A stretch of DNA of 64,000 bases, taken from positions 310,001 through 374,000 of the forward strand of contig NIVC01000095.1 of the NCBI GenBank assembly GCA_002269645.1, in the 5' to 3' direction. Below the pieces are notes generated by a model. That model saw only the letters and a program-made list of their open reading frames with translations. It made no database searches and was not told the DNA's origin. Each line of letters begins with the position of its first letter. The first letter of the stretch is position 1. Below, piece by piece: positions 1 through 15,933 of the stretch. The stretch comes from Macrostomum lignano (lineage: Eukaryota). The translations under genes and the position numbers were made by a program.

Positions 1-257
1 GTAGAAAGAGTAGAGTAGAGTAGCAAGAGTAGAGTAGAGTAGCAAGAGTAGAGTAGAGTAGCAAGAGTAGAGTAGAGTAGCAAGAGTAGAGTAGAAAGAG
101 TAGAGTAGAGTAGCAAGAGTAGAGTAGAGTAGAAAGAGTAGAGTAGAGTAGCAAGAGTAGAGTAGAGTAGCAAAAGTAGAGTAGAGTAGCAAGAGTAGAG
201 TAGAGTAGCAAGAGTAGAGTAGAGTAGCAAAAGTAGAGTAGAGTAGTTTTAGAGTAG
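1..257. repeat. (GTAGA)n pentamer microsatellite with ~23-bp higher-order unit; truncated by window start
   Basis: GTAGA repeats punctuated by GCAA/GAAA variants. Confidence 0.95.
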
Positions 258-1028
258 CGAGGGATCGCATAGTTTTTAGCAGTCTTCTAAAAGTGACTTT
301 TAGAACCTGCTTGGGGAATCGAGTTCTGAAGCATCCCCATTGGATTCGGCAGGATCACGGTACTTCAGCATATAATTCGTAAGAGTTCCGCTAAATGCAG
401 CCAATTAATTAGTTTCACCTGCAGCCATAGCTGGCTGATTAAACAAAAAACGAGTTCGCACAAGCAGAGCCTACAGCTTCAAGCTGTCGCCTTTGGCTAA
501 AAAAACACGGAAATTGTACGGTTCACTGTTTTTCTAAGGCAACTTTGTCCACGGTTGGCGTAGCAACGGGAGACGCCATTGTTTTATTCTCTTCCCCACC
601 TCTCCCCAGTTTCAGCAAAACGTTTCTCAGAGGGAAAAGCAAAAAAGCTGATAGAACAAGCGAGTAGACTCCAAAGTTTACCCTGGTTTGTTGTTAGCAA
701 CCGAACTAGTGACATGTACGTGAGTAGTGAGGGGGCCTCATGCTTTGTGAGTCTTGGGGCGGCGGTTGCCAAGCGAAGAGGGGACGGGAAGAGGCTGGCT
801 GGGGAATCGGATGGAAGGAGATCCCAAAATTTTTCGGTTGCTCAGGTAAGCGATGAGTCCCGAGAGCCAATGGCTGTTAATCGACAGTCAAGGACCAACC
901 CAGCCTCCAAACTCCATCCATTTCTAGAGCGTATAAATTCGAACCCACAGGGCAGGTTTGCGGCTTCACGGAACCTCTGACCACTGATACTCTTTACCCT
1001 GCATGGTTAAAAAGGAATTAAAACTACG

Positions 1029-1071
1029 ATGCTTTACGTGTCTTCAAGTCTGACTGCCGCCCTTCTCTTCG
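1029..1071 (+). CDS. Mucin-like gene exon 1 (signal peptide)
   Basis: ATG..TTC G|gtaaga; MLYVSSSLTAALLF, phase 1. Confidence 0.8.
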
Positions 1072-3735
1072 GTAAGAGCTAAATGCGACATAATTTACTT
1101 TACATTCAATACAATAACAAACCTCCTTCCTTACTGTTCATTTATCAATTCCATCAAAACATTTTCCTCGCTAAGGTCTTTTCTTAAACGTTGCTGCTCA
1201 ATGTAATCGGGCCCAGTGCGACTATACAAAAACCTGCGACAAAGGATACGGCATGGAGAACTGCACCAATGCTACCGGCAATTTTGAAAATTTGTGCTTC
1301 TTCGGAATGCACTGCTCGGCTTGTGAGTCAGTGAAATTTATATTTTTAGGTTCATTTTGTAGAATGTGCTTCAATAGTGATCGCTGGATTCGTGCACAGT
1401 ACTTGTTGGAAAGTTGCTGGATGAGTGCTCAGTGATTATTGAAAAGTTGCTTGACGAGTGCTCAGTGTTTGCTGGAAAGCTGCCGGAAGAGTGCTCGGTG
1501 TTTGTTGGAAAGTTGCTGCACGAGTGCTCGGTGTTTGTTGGAAACTTACTGGACGAGTGCTCAGCGTTTGTTGGAAAGTTGCCGGAGAGTGCTCAGTGTT
1601 TGTTGGAAACCTTCTGGACGAGTGCTCAGCGTTTGTTGGAAAGTTGATGGACGAGTGCTCAGCGTTTGTTGGAAAGTTGCCGGAGAGTGCTCAGTGTTTG
1701 TTGGAAACTTACTGGACGAGTGCTCAATGTTTGTTGGAAAGTTGCTGCACGAGTGCTCGGTGTTTGTTGGAAAGTTGCTGCACGAGTGCTCGGTGTTTGT
1801 TGGACAGTTGCCGGAGAGTGCTCAGTGTTTGTTGGAAACCTTCTGGACGAGTGCTCAGCGTTTGTTGGAAAGCTGCTGCACGAGTGCTCAGCGTTTGTTG
1901 GAAAGCTGCTGCACGAGTGCTCAGTGTTTGTTGGACAGTTGCCGGAAGAGTGCTTGGTGTTTGTTAGACAGTTGCTGGACGAGTGCTCGGTGTTTGTTGG
2001 AAAGTTGCTGCACGAGTGCTCGGTGTTTGTTGGAAACTTACTGGACGAGTGCTCAGTGTTTGTTGGACAGTTGCCGGAAGAGTGCTCAGTGTTTGTTGGA
2101 AAGTTACTGGACGAGTGCTCAAACAAAGCCAATTAATTCTCCAAACTTCTTTCTAAAAGCTTGTACATGCTTCGGCTCAAACTTTTAGATACGGAAAAAT
2201 CTGGTGATATTTTTCTGAAATTGACTGGTCCATCTCCAAATAAGGTAAGAAAACCTAATTTTTCCGACTATATTATTTCGATTATTTCATTCGACCCGTT
2301 AAAACCGCAATATCAAACAGGTTGTTGGACTCCACCTGGCCATCCAAACGGCCATTCAAAATGCGTACAACAAATTCTGTAATCAGGGCGAGAACTTCAA
2401 GGTGTGCTGTCCTGGCTCCGTTAGTTGGTAAGTCACGTCAAACATTGATGTGTGTGCTTTAATCCAATTTTAAATAATATAGCAATATTTCAATATCTGT
2501 AATCCAGTAATATTGTCAAATATCATAATTAAAATAAATTCAAGGCTTAGCCAGAAGAGTGAAGCTACCAGCGTGACAGCCATATCTAATGTTCAAGTGG
2601 AGCTGCCGATTCTGTCAGTCATTGGCTCGACTGACTGGACCTCGATCGTCATTCGTCTCATGCCCAGCAGCAATAGCACCTTGTGCCAGGCGGTGACTTA
2701 CACAGCTACCACGACCGCCACAACAGCCGCCTCCACTGCTACTACTGGCTCGACTACGGCTGCACCTGCTGCTACTGGCTCAACTACGGCTGCACCTGCT
2801 GCTACTGGCTCAACTACGGCTGCACCTGCTGCTACTGGCTCAACTACGGCTGCACCTGCTGCTACTGGCTCAACTACGGCTGCACCTGCTGCTACTGGCT
2901 CAACTACGGCTGCACCTGCTGCTACTGGCTCAACTACGGCTGCACCTGCTGCTACTGGCTCAACTACGGCTGCACCTGCTGCTACCGGCTCAACTACAGC
3001 TGCACCTGCTGCTACCGCTTCAACTACTGGTTCACTTGCTGCTACCGACTCGACTACGGCTGCAGCGGATGCAACGGCCGAAACAACTATCATGGTGGAA
3101 TCATCTACCAAAAAAACTAGACGACGTCGTGACTTGGCCGACGAAATTGAGGAACCATTCGATGACGACGAATTGGATGAGCAACTGCTTGAAAGGCAGA
3201 GACGGGCCGCTACTGAAAGCAACCCTATGGCTGTGACCCTGTCGACCAACGACATTCAAACCATTACCACTGGCATAAATATCACCGGGTAAGTAAAATC
3301 GCTACAGTTTCTAAAATTTCCAGCAAATAAAAATTTCCGGCTTGTGAAATTCTCACCCGTATATATGCACATAAACGCCCTAACAACAGTTAAGATCTAA
3401 AATATTTCCTCGATTTTTATCCATAGCTTCGAAAATACAGTGATACTACTTACTTAATAAGTAGTTTCATTTCAGTCCCATTTATTTTTTATTTTTAGAG
3501 TCGTTGAAACTGTCCTGATTTCGAAAAACGTAACAGCCACCGTGACGGCAAGCGCTTCCACCAGTGTGACCACGCAGAATCGAGCACCACTCCCGTCACA
3601 GTCGGCAAGGGCTCGGCTCGAAGCGCTGGCCAGCCGGCCTTCGCTGCGGCTGCAACTGTGCTGGCTGTGATTTTTGCTTTCTCCACTTCGACTGGCAACC
3701 AAGCTGGATCGATTGGGGGATTTGTTCTGTTCTAA
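1029..3735 (+). CDS. Spliced gene for an unrecognised secreted/GPI-type mucin-like glycoprotein; join(1029..1071,1176..1322,2189..2244,2321..2427,2545..3288,3499..3670 as written, or ..3735 with a frameshift near 3573)
   Basis: All five introns are GT-AG with matching phases (1,1,0,2,2). Product: signal peptide MLYVSSSLTAALLFGLFLNVAA, 6-Cys module QCNRAQCDYTKTCDKGYGMENCTNATGNFENLCFFGMHC, globular segment, TGSTTAAPAA repeats, RRRR and RQRR sites, Ser/Thr stalk. Confidence 0.85.
1176..1322 (+). CDS. Mucin-like gene exon 2 (end of signal peptide, 6-Cys module)
   Basis: ctaag|GT CTT ... GCT T|gtgagt; open frame, 6 Cys. Confidence 0.85.
1402..2121. repeat. 33-bp minisatellite (GACGAGTGCTCAGTGTTTGTTGGAAAGTTGCTG) filling intron 2 of the mucin-like gene
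   Basis: About 22 tandem units; explains the overlapping ORFs 1414-2188. Confidence 0.95.
2189..2244 (+). CDS. Mucin-like gene exon 3
   Basis: ttttag|AT ACG ... AAT AAG|gtaaga; (Y)TEKSGDIFLKLTGPSPNK. Confidence 0.8.
2321..2427 (+). CDS. Mucin-like gene exon 4
   Basis: aaacag|GTT ... AGT TG|gtaagt; VVGLHLAIQTAIQNAYNKFCNQGENFKVCCPGSVS. Confidence 0.8.
2545..3288 (+). CDS. Mucin-like gene exon 5 (Thr/Ala 10-aa repeats, two furin sites)
   Basis: Within ORF 2513..3292; about nine 30-bp TGSTTAAPAA units; donor ACC GG|gtaagt. Confidence 0.88.
3499..3735 (+). CDS. Mucin-like gene terminal exon; apparent 1-nt frameshift before a GPI-signal-like tail
   Basis: tttttag|A GTC GTT GAA; in frame ends TGA at 3668-3670; shifted frame from 3574 reads AESSTTPVTVGKGSARSAGQPAFAAAATVLAVIFAF... 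to TAA 3733-3735. Confidence 0.7.
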
Positions 3736-6116
3736 AATCAAAATTAGACGTCAGCTGGTGATTTGGTAAAATGAACTATATTTCCCCCGACAAAAAATTC
3801 AATCATATGGATGAAATGTTCAAGCATCGTATGCATGTATACAGCAAGTACATGTACAGGCAAGAGCACGGATGCATTTTTGCCTGCAGAGTCCCACTGA
3901 CCCGTGTTTAGTGTTTAGTGCCTTCTTGATCTCAATCCCCTGGATATGACCGGCTCCCCCAATTGCTGTTTAGTTCTTGACCTGTTCCCGAAGGGTCCTG
4001 GTGGTCAAAGGCACCAGGGAAGAATCTCTCCAGTGGTATCAGTGCCTGTGTAGTTTAAACATGTACATGTACTTGACAGCAGCAGTGCAACCACAAATTC
4101 GAAGAACTATAGGCAGCTTGCGATTAATGGAAAAGATTAACAAAGAAAATATATTGAGAGTGTATAAAAAATTATAAAACTTAAAGACTAGCTAGCTAGA
4201 TGCATGTAATATTGAACCTACCAGCCATGTAAATAATGTGCTGCTTTTCTAGGAACTAGCTGCATATGGTAATGCAATTTGTGAAGAAGCTATCAAAACG
4301 TTGTTTAATCACTTTATTGTAACAAAAAATATTTTTTCGCTTTTGCTACTCGTAATTTTTTGCAAAATCATATAAATTTTTTTATGAAAACATCTGTTTC
4401 AACAAGTTTAACAATAAAGAAAGCTAAAGACATGTACCTGTATATGCAGTAAGTATACTATATCCTTATTAAAACCAGCCAGTCAATTTAAATCCTATGA
4501 AGATTTACAACTTTTCTTAGATTTCTATTAAAATCAAAGTAAATGAAGCGCCTGGATTTTTTAAATTTTTTTCATGAATCTACACTTTCAAAAATCTGAT
4601 AAGATGTAATTCGAATTTCAATCATTTTTGTTTTAGATGTGCAACATTTTTCTTCGGTGATGTTTTAAATCTTGAAGCTAAATTTAAGCATCTGCATATT
4701 TATGAGATATTGACTATTATAATTATTTATTCGAAGCTTTGAAAATCTGAAACTTATTTTCTTTAAACTGTTAAATCGACGGTAAAACATTATTCTTAAC
4801 GTTTTGTTCCTCATTTGTTTTTTTACGAACTACATCATTCAAGTGTTAAGAGAATTATAATCTGTTTTTCTTTTACGAATTTTTTCATCTATTTTTTTCA
4901 TTTATTTTAAAGCAAAACATTCATTGCAAATGATGCAACCAACTCAATATATCACTTTTGATGATTCTCTGCATGATTCTATTTTTACAACAATTCAAGA
5001 TTCATGATCACCAACTTTTTGTTTCTTCAAAAAAATGAACTTCGTATTTTTGTTTTCCTATCCCCCAGAGAGATTTGTAAGTCGTGTGTCGCAGAATCGC
5101 GTATCTTAAAAGAAAAATATTTCGAAACGAATTTATTGCTAAAATATATTAGATACAATCGGTGAAGACAAGCTCTATCTTAAATCTTCACGTCATTCCT
5201 TTTAAAAATAATTCGAATTTCTTTTGGCTGCTCTACTTTTAGTAGCACATTACGCAAAGAAAGTACGCTCGTATTTATTAAAATTAGCTCCAAAATTGCT
5301 TTCAGACCTCAATATTGAACCAAACTTAAACTTACTCATATTATTTTGAATATTCTAACGATTATTTTAATCTTGGATTACGGGTTACAATACTTTTCTA
5401 AATGAATATACTTGAAGAAGTAATTAGTAGTTTATTGGTTCAGTATTTGTACGGCTGTACATCAGGATGTACACAGCAACACACTATATATGAACCTTCA
5501 TGTATAATATATATTCTTGGCAGGCTGGCCCTCATGGACGTGAATCATAGTTTGAAATAAGTTCTAGGGTGGCCAATTTCCATGCAAAAAAACTGATAAA
5601 TAAACAACCAAACGACAAAAGACGCAACCCACAAAAGTAATATCAAGTACTCAGGGTGCGTCAGATAATTTACCGTCGATGTACCTCGTAGCTGTTCTCT
5701 GGTATAGGGCCTTCAGTCCCGACGCTCTCGTCAGTTCGAAAGGCCGGGGGAGCTGCCCTGGGGACATCAACGTCCAATTTCGGCATTTCAGAACAGAAAT
5801 TCTACTTATACTCTGCTGCACTCTCGCATGGCGATATGCTTTGCCGGCCCAAGCTTTCTGCGCGCCATACTCTATACTTTCTACTTATCAGTAGGCGAAC
5901 TCTAACATAAAGAAAAAAAGTTTCTTGCAGTACCAGAATAGCACTAAAAATTTCGCCCTTGCCAAAATAAAGAGGCGCTAAATACTGAAAATCACCTTGG
6001 TGATTTTTTCCGTAGTGCCTTAGTAGTATAGCGCCGCGTGAAGAATCGAAACCAAGGGTCGTCTTGGGCGAGAAGCTCCCCGAACTTCAGATTGCTTATA
6101 TATGTATATCCATCTA

Positions 6117-6443
6117 GGCCATTCTTGATCTTGGCGCCATTCCTGATCTTGGCGCTTCTTGATCTTGGTACCACTCTTGATCTTGGCGCCACCCTTGATA
6201 TTGGCACCATTCTTGATCTTTTTCGGCATTCTTGATCTAGGCTCCATTCTTGATCGAGGCTCCATTCTTGATCTTGGTGCCACTTTTGATCTTGGCGCCA
6301 TTCTCGATCTGGGTTCCATCTTTGATCTTGGCGAAACCCTTGATCTTGGCGCCAATCTTGATCCAGGCGCCATTCTTGATCTTGGCGCCATTCTTGATCT
6401 AGGCTCCATTCTTGATCTTGGCGCCACCCTTAATCTTGGCGCC
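6117..6443. repeat. 18-bp minisatellite (ATTCTTGATCTTGGCGCC)
   Basis: About 18 diverged tandem units. Confidence 0.93.
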
Positions 6444-6659
6444 GAAATAGAGCTAGAATCCCGTAGTTACAGGGACCTCATGGGACGCTTGCACTCCCAT
6501 TTGCTAGGCCAAAAAATACCAACCCTGGGTCTATCGTTTGGTTCGGAGCTCTTTATCTGGGACTCTAATGCTCCTTGCCTTCGTGCATGCATGTGTTTGG
6601 CCTATAATAGTGTTATTAAAAGTTTTGCTAGCAGAACAGCTGTCTAAATTCTATTAATA

Positions 6660-7350
6660 CTCTTAGTAAAACACAATATATATTATACTAGTCCACATAG
6701 CGTTCCTTTCATCTGTCTAATCTCTTGTCAAATAATGTCAAACTGCAAGTAGAAAAGCTTATGGTCAAGTTTTAATACACACAGTCAACATATGGCTTAA
6801 TATCATCAGTGTGCGATCAATGGACAATGTCTGACTTCAACTGTTTAATTATAGGCTTATAAGTAGCTTAAACAGGCCAATTCTTTCAAGACAATGCAGA
6901 TAGAGCGATTCTTTTTCCCTCCAAAAAAGAAGGTACACCATAATCCGAAATGAACTGATGGCTTAGACATTGCCGTTCCTTCTTCTCACTGAATCTTCAT
7001 CTGGTCATGTATATACTATTTATGGAAAGTGAATTCCCGAGTTGCCTAATCAGCAGATCCATAGTATCGATTTTAATTTTCGGATTACTTTGATAAAATC
7101 TACATCAGTAAAGAAGCTTTGTATAATTTCAACCGAACTCACTGGATGAATACTTTTTTTGCGCTTTGTTAAATTCGACTATAATGAACTCCAATCCTTT
7201 CCGAGCCTGCATATGTTTGCTCAATTAGGTTTTCAATTAACCTTCAGCAGACTTTCTCAATACCAGCACACAAGGAGCCTCAGAACTAGAAGACTCCCTT
7301 AAAAATTACGCTGCATGGCCAGCTTCTTTCAATCTTGGATTTTGGATAAA
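6660..7350 (-). pseudogene. Possible heavily decayed DNA-transposase (hAT-like) fragment
   Basis: Broken minus-strand frames such as HPVSSVEIIQSFFTDVDFIKVIRKLKSILW and DLLIRQLGNSLSINSIY loosely resemble hAT C-terminal helices; many stops and shifts; visual impression only. Confidence 0.25.
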
Positions 7351-7470
7351 AATCACCTGTCTGATGTGAGCCTACCAATTAGCTGATCAGTGAGTCCATG
7401 ACTCCACAACCCCCCCCCCCAAAGTCTTAAGCACGCATCGTTTAAAAGCCAATTAATAATTGCGTCCCGA

Positions 7471-8510
7471 CAGTGGCGTTAAATCAGCGACTCACTGACC
7501 CTTCTTTGCCTAAGCGCCATTCTTGATCTTGGCGCCATTCTTGATCTTGGCGCCATTCTTGATCTTGACGATTTTCTTGATCTTGCATGGTGTCAACTCT
7601 TGATTTAGGCGCCATTTTTGACCTATAGACGCCATTCTTGATCTTGGCGCCATTCTTGACTTAGGCGCCATCCTTGATCTTGGCGCCAACTCTCGACTTA
7701 GGCGCCATTCTTGATCTTGGCGCCATTCTTGACTTAGGCGCCATTCTTGATCTTGGCGCCACTCTTGACTTAGGCGCCATCCTTGATCTTTGCGCCATTC
7801 TTGATCTTGACGCCATTCTTGATCTTGGCGCCATTCTTGATCTTGGCGCCATTCTTGATCTTGGCGCCATTCTTGATCTTGGCGCCATTCTTGATCTTGG
7901 CGCCATTCTTGATCTTGGCGCCATTCTTGATCTTGGCGCCATTCTTGATCTTGACGATTTTCTTGATCTTGCATGGTATCAACTCTTGATTTAGGCGCCA
8001 TTGTTGACCTATAGACGCCATTCTTGATCTTGGCGCCATTGTTGACCTATAGACGCCATTCTTGATCTTGGCGCCAACTCTTGACTTAGGCGCCATTCTT
8101 GATCTTGGCGCCATTCTTGACTTAGGCGCCATCCTTGATCTTGGAGCCACTCTTGACTTAGGCGCCATTCTTGATCTTGGCGCCATTCTTGATCTTGGCG
8201 CCATTCTTGATCTTGGCGCCATTCTTGATCTTGGCGCCATTCTTGATCTTGGCGCCATTCTTGATCTTGGCGCCATTCTTGATCTTGGCGCCATTCTTGA
8301 TCTTGGCGCCATTTTTGACCTATAGACGTCATTCTTGATCTTGGCGCCATTCTTGACTTAGGCGCCATCCTTGATCTTGGCGCCAACTCTTGACTTAGGC
8401 GCCATTCTTGATCTTGGCGCCATTCTTGATCTTAGCGCCATATTCTTGATCTTGGCGCCATTCTCGATCTTCCTTGGCATGGGGCACCCTTTGATTTCAG
8501 CGCCCACATT
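7471..8510. repeat. 18-bp minisatellite (same family as 6117-6443), array 7511-8470, bracketed by degenerate MITE-like termini
   Basis: About 53 units; CAGTGGCGTTAAATC at 7471 and GATTTCAGCGCCCAC at 8492 are imperfect inverted repeats; no TSD found. Confidence 0.9.
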
Positions 8511-9460
8511 GAAACTCGTCTAATGAAAGCTTCTCTGCAATCTTGATACACATATTATCAATAGAATTAGAGGCAAATTATATTCGCGGTCATTAAACTC
8601 AAACTTTAAAGTTTTCCCAAAATTGAGCACACAGATTGCATGCGCAAGACTAAAACAGCCCATCAGATTTATCCAATAAAATATGAAAGATTTCAGGTTT
8701 ACAACACTCCTCGCCACCTCAGCCGTATGTGTTGTAAAGAAATTAAGTGTGAAAAAATGACCATATAACTAGAGACCGTGACAGACGTCTTTTGACACGT
8801 TTTTCTCATAGTTTGGTCTCGTAAATCAATGAACGGATGACCCAATCTGTGCCGGGCCTATTAGCTCGTAGTTATAAAATCTGTTTTCAAAAATTGAATT
8901 AAAAACTTCCCAGTTCGAAAAACTATGCTCGCATGTGCCATGCAGCGCGCCCTTGAGTCCATGATTAAAATGTTTGAACCCCTTCCTCCTTTAGTAAAAT
9001 GAGGTGTTATGTTTCCTGGCAAAATCGTTCAGAGGGGCTCCCGCTCCCTCCTTGACCCTTAAATCCTACTAACCGGAGCCAATTTAGCTTAACTTTGCAG
9101 TGCCTAAGCTTGAGATTAACTTATGTTTGAAGGCCGTATTGAAAAATTAACAGGTGCTTCCAATCCAGTGAGTGCAGTAGTCCATGACTGGCTCAGTTCA
9201 TGCGCAGGACCCCTCAATGGCGCGCCTCCTCCCAAATTGACCGGGGGAAGTTTTTAAAACTCGATCCCCTATTGGCTGCCAGCAGTGCCGCTTTCTTCTC
9301 GCCCACCCTCCTCCAGTCCCCACTCTGAACCCCCCCCCCACTCGGAGGCAAAGCTTTAAAATAAATCCCACGGATGGGATCCCGTGTTTAACGCCTCTCT
9401 AAAATCTCCTAAATAATAGCCCTTGCCTTCTGCTGTCCTTTACATAAAAAGCAGACCAGC

Positions 9461-13686
<4,226 letters not shown>

Positions 13687-14945
13687 GCATGATTTTGGAT
13701 TCTGGTTTGAATTAATTCTGAACTACTTGTAATATCAGTCTGATTCGGGGAGAAGACTGGAGGGAGCGAACACAGAAAATTTATTCCTTTCAGAAGAAAA
13801 TCAATTACTTTGATTGATTTTGATTGAACACGGGAACTAGAAAAATGTTTTCGTTAAAACAAAACTTAGTCTAAAAAACCGTGGAAGCTACTTGGATTTA
13901 GTTTAGTTTTTTAAAGCGCCAAGAAATCCCTGGCTTTTTAGATTAACTTTAAAATTAGAAAAGAATGACAGTGCGTGACATTATTAAATGTAAAATTGAA
14001 TTTTCCGGTTTTATTACAGCCGTATCTCATCGTGTTGTGTCGCTTCTCCGCTCTTGTCTTCTTTCTGGACTAGCCTACTAATCGCTTTTGACCTTTTGAG
14101 AGAAGCTTTTCATAACTAACTTGTCAGTTACACAAAATGACAAATAGCCGAGTGAATTTCGTTTTATTACTCGTCCAATCAAAAAGTCTTGAATAGGATC
14201 TATGTTCTAATCTCAAAATAATCTCATAATTCTTGTTACCAACACAAGTGGACTTCTAAAAATAGCATCCTAAGTTTTTAAAATCAAAAGTATTCTCACT
14301 CAAAGTCAAGTCTTGAATTTACCTAATTTTCTAATGGCTAGCTTAGCTAATTAATTTTCAATTTTATAATCGAAAGCTTTGAAAATTTGATCGTCTGAAG
14401 ACTTAATAGACTACGATAGCTACATGTTCTAAAGTAAACTGATTTTGTACAGTTTTCCTTCTCAAATGCTATTAACAAGTTAGGCTACACGAGTTAATGT
14501 TAAGTATAAAATTAAAAAATCAGTTAACAATTAGAGTACCCCAGATACGTTTGTTCGAAACATAATATTATGCAGCCCTTGTATAGAAGAAATACTATGA
14601 TTATAAACAAACAACTACATTACATCACCTTATAAAATAATTTTTTCTCCTGCTTGCATATCATCTTCCTTTCTTTGGCGCCTCACATTTTGCGATAAAA
14701 TTAATTAAAAACTTCAAATAAACAGAATTTTATTGGTTTCTCCTTATCCAAACGTTTCGGAATGTACTTTAAGTAACCAAATATTCAATTGCTTTAACTA
14801 AAACTAAATTGTAATGTTTTGAAAATTTACATGTCGTTTCTGGTTTATGTTTGCCTTCTAATTATCGCGTAAACTTTTTAAATAAAATCAGCCTTCTTTT
14901 CGCTTTGGTTGTTGTTATTACGAGAATTAACAAAAAATATTTAAC

Positions 14946-15238
14946 ATGAAAATAGATTATGCTGTGCTATTGTGTACTATGATTGCTTACTGATTCTGCA
15001 AGGCAGCCACAGGAAAGTGTGGACAGTATATTGTCGAATTCACGGCCGCGCTTTGTACCGAATAATAAATGACAATTCTTTTGTCATCAAAGTTTTTATT
15101 CTTTATGTTTTTTTCCAATTCCAAGTCGTTTGTGAAGGCTGCGAGGCGAGGTGTCCGCAAACGATTTCAGAAGCGGGTACTAAATATTCATTTATACATC
15201 TCAGTTGTCCTGCTGAAAACAGAAACTTGTGCAACTAA
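14946..15238 (+). pseudogene. Candidate degenerate insulin-like / Cys-rich peptide locus
   Basis: MKIDYAVLLCTMIAY*FCKAATGKCGQYIVEFTAALCTE** then VVCEGCEARC...LCN* in another frame; interrupted by stops. Confidence 0.3.
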
Positions 15239-15933
15239 AAACAAGTCACCAACAGGACTACCTACGCTGCATAAAACCTGTTTCTATAGCGTCGCACATG
15301 ATAGTTTTATCACTGCGAAATTAACAACCACCGGCGCCTACCACTGACGCTATGATGATGAACATCTCTCTGATCCACAGTTTGTATCCAACCCCCCCCC
15401 CTTCCCAGAATGTGTCTATCTGTTCTGTCTTCTTTGCTTAGCCAAGATTGTATAATTGTAACGAACTGAAATTCCTGCACAGATTCGAAAAGAAGAACAG
15501 AGAAAAAACTGCATGGTTCTAAAATTACTGCGTTGTCGGCTTTTCCAGTTGTGTAGCCAACTCGCTTTTTCTTTCTTTTGCGCTGCTTCGGCATGCCTTA
15601 CAGAGTTGACAAACTTCCAATTTCGGGCGTGTGCATGAGTATCGAAAATCTCCCCAATTCCATCCCCTTTTTTCTGCTTTGGTTTGTTAGCAGACATAAA
15701 AAAATATAAAGTTTTCTTTTCATAATGAAATTCTCGACACTTGTCGGCGAAACTAAACCAAAACGAATTTGAATTCCGGGACACGAATTCCACTGCTAAA
15801 TAACTGGAAACTGTCTAAGCTTAGTTCCTGACTAATATGCACGAATCCTAGTTTTTTGGGGAAGGATTGTTTTTTTCCTGCTTTGGAATAATGCTGTACA
15901 AACTTTGAGCACGCACAGAAGTGCTCAAGTTTG

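Noticed and set aside
1414-2188. Overlapping Cys-rich ORFs
   Set aside because: 33-bp array lying inside a phase-consistent intron of the mucin-like gene
4253-5538. Possible micro-exons (4253-4268, 4637-4656, 5068-5075, 5523-5538) suggesting a micro-exon gene
   Set aside because: AG..GT pairs are expected by chance in AT-rich DNA; I could not join them into a coherent frame with start and stop; needs RNA-seq
6020-8386. MAPRSR / ILDLGA repeat ORFs (SR-protein or LRR look-alikes)
   Set aside because: 18-bp minisatellite translations
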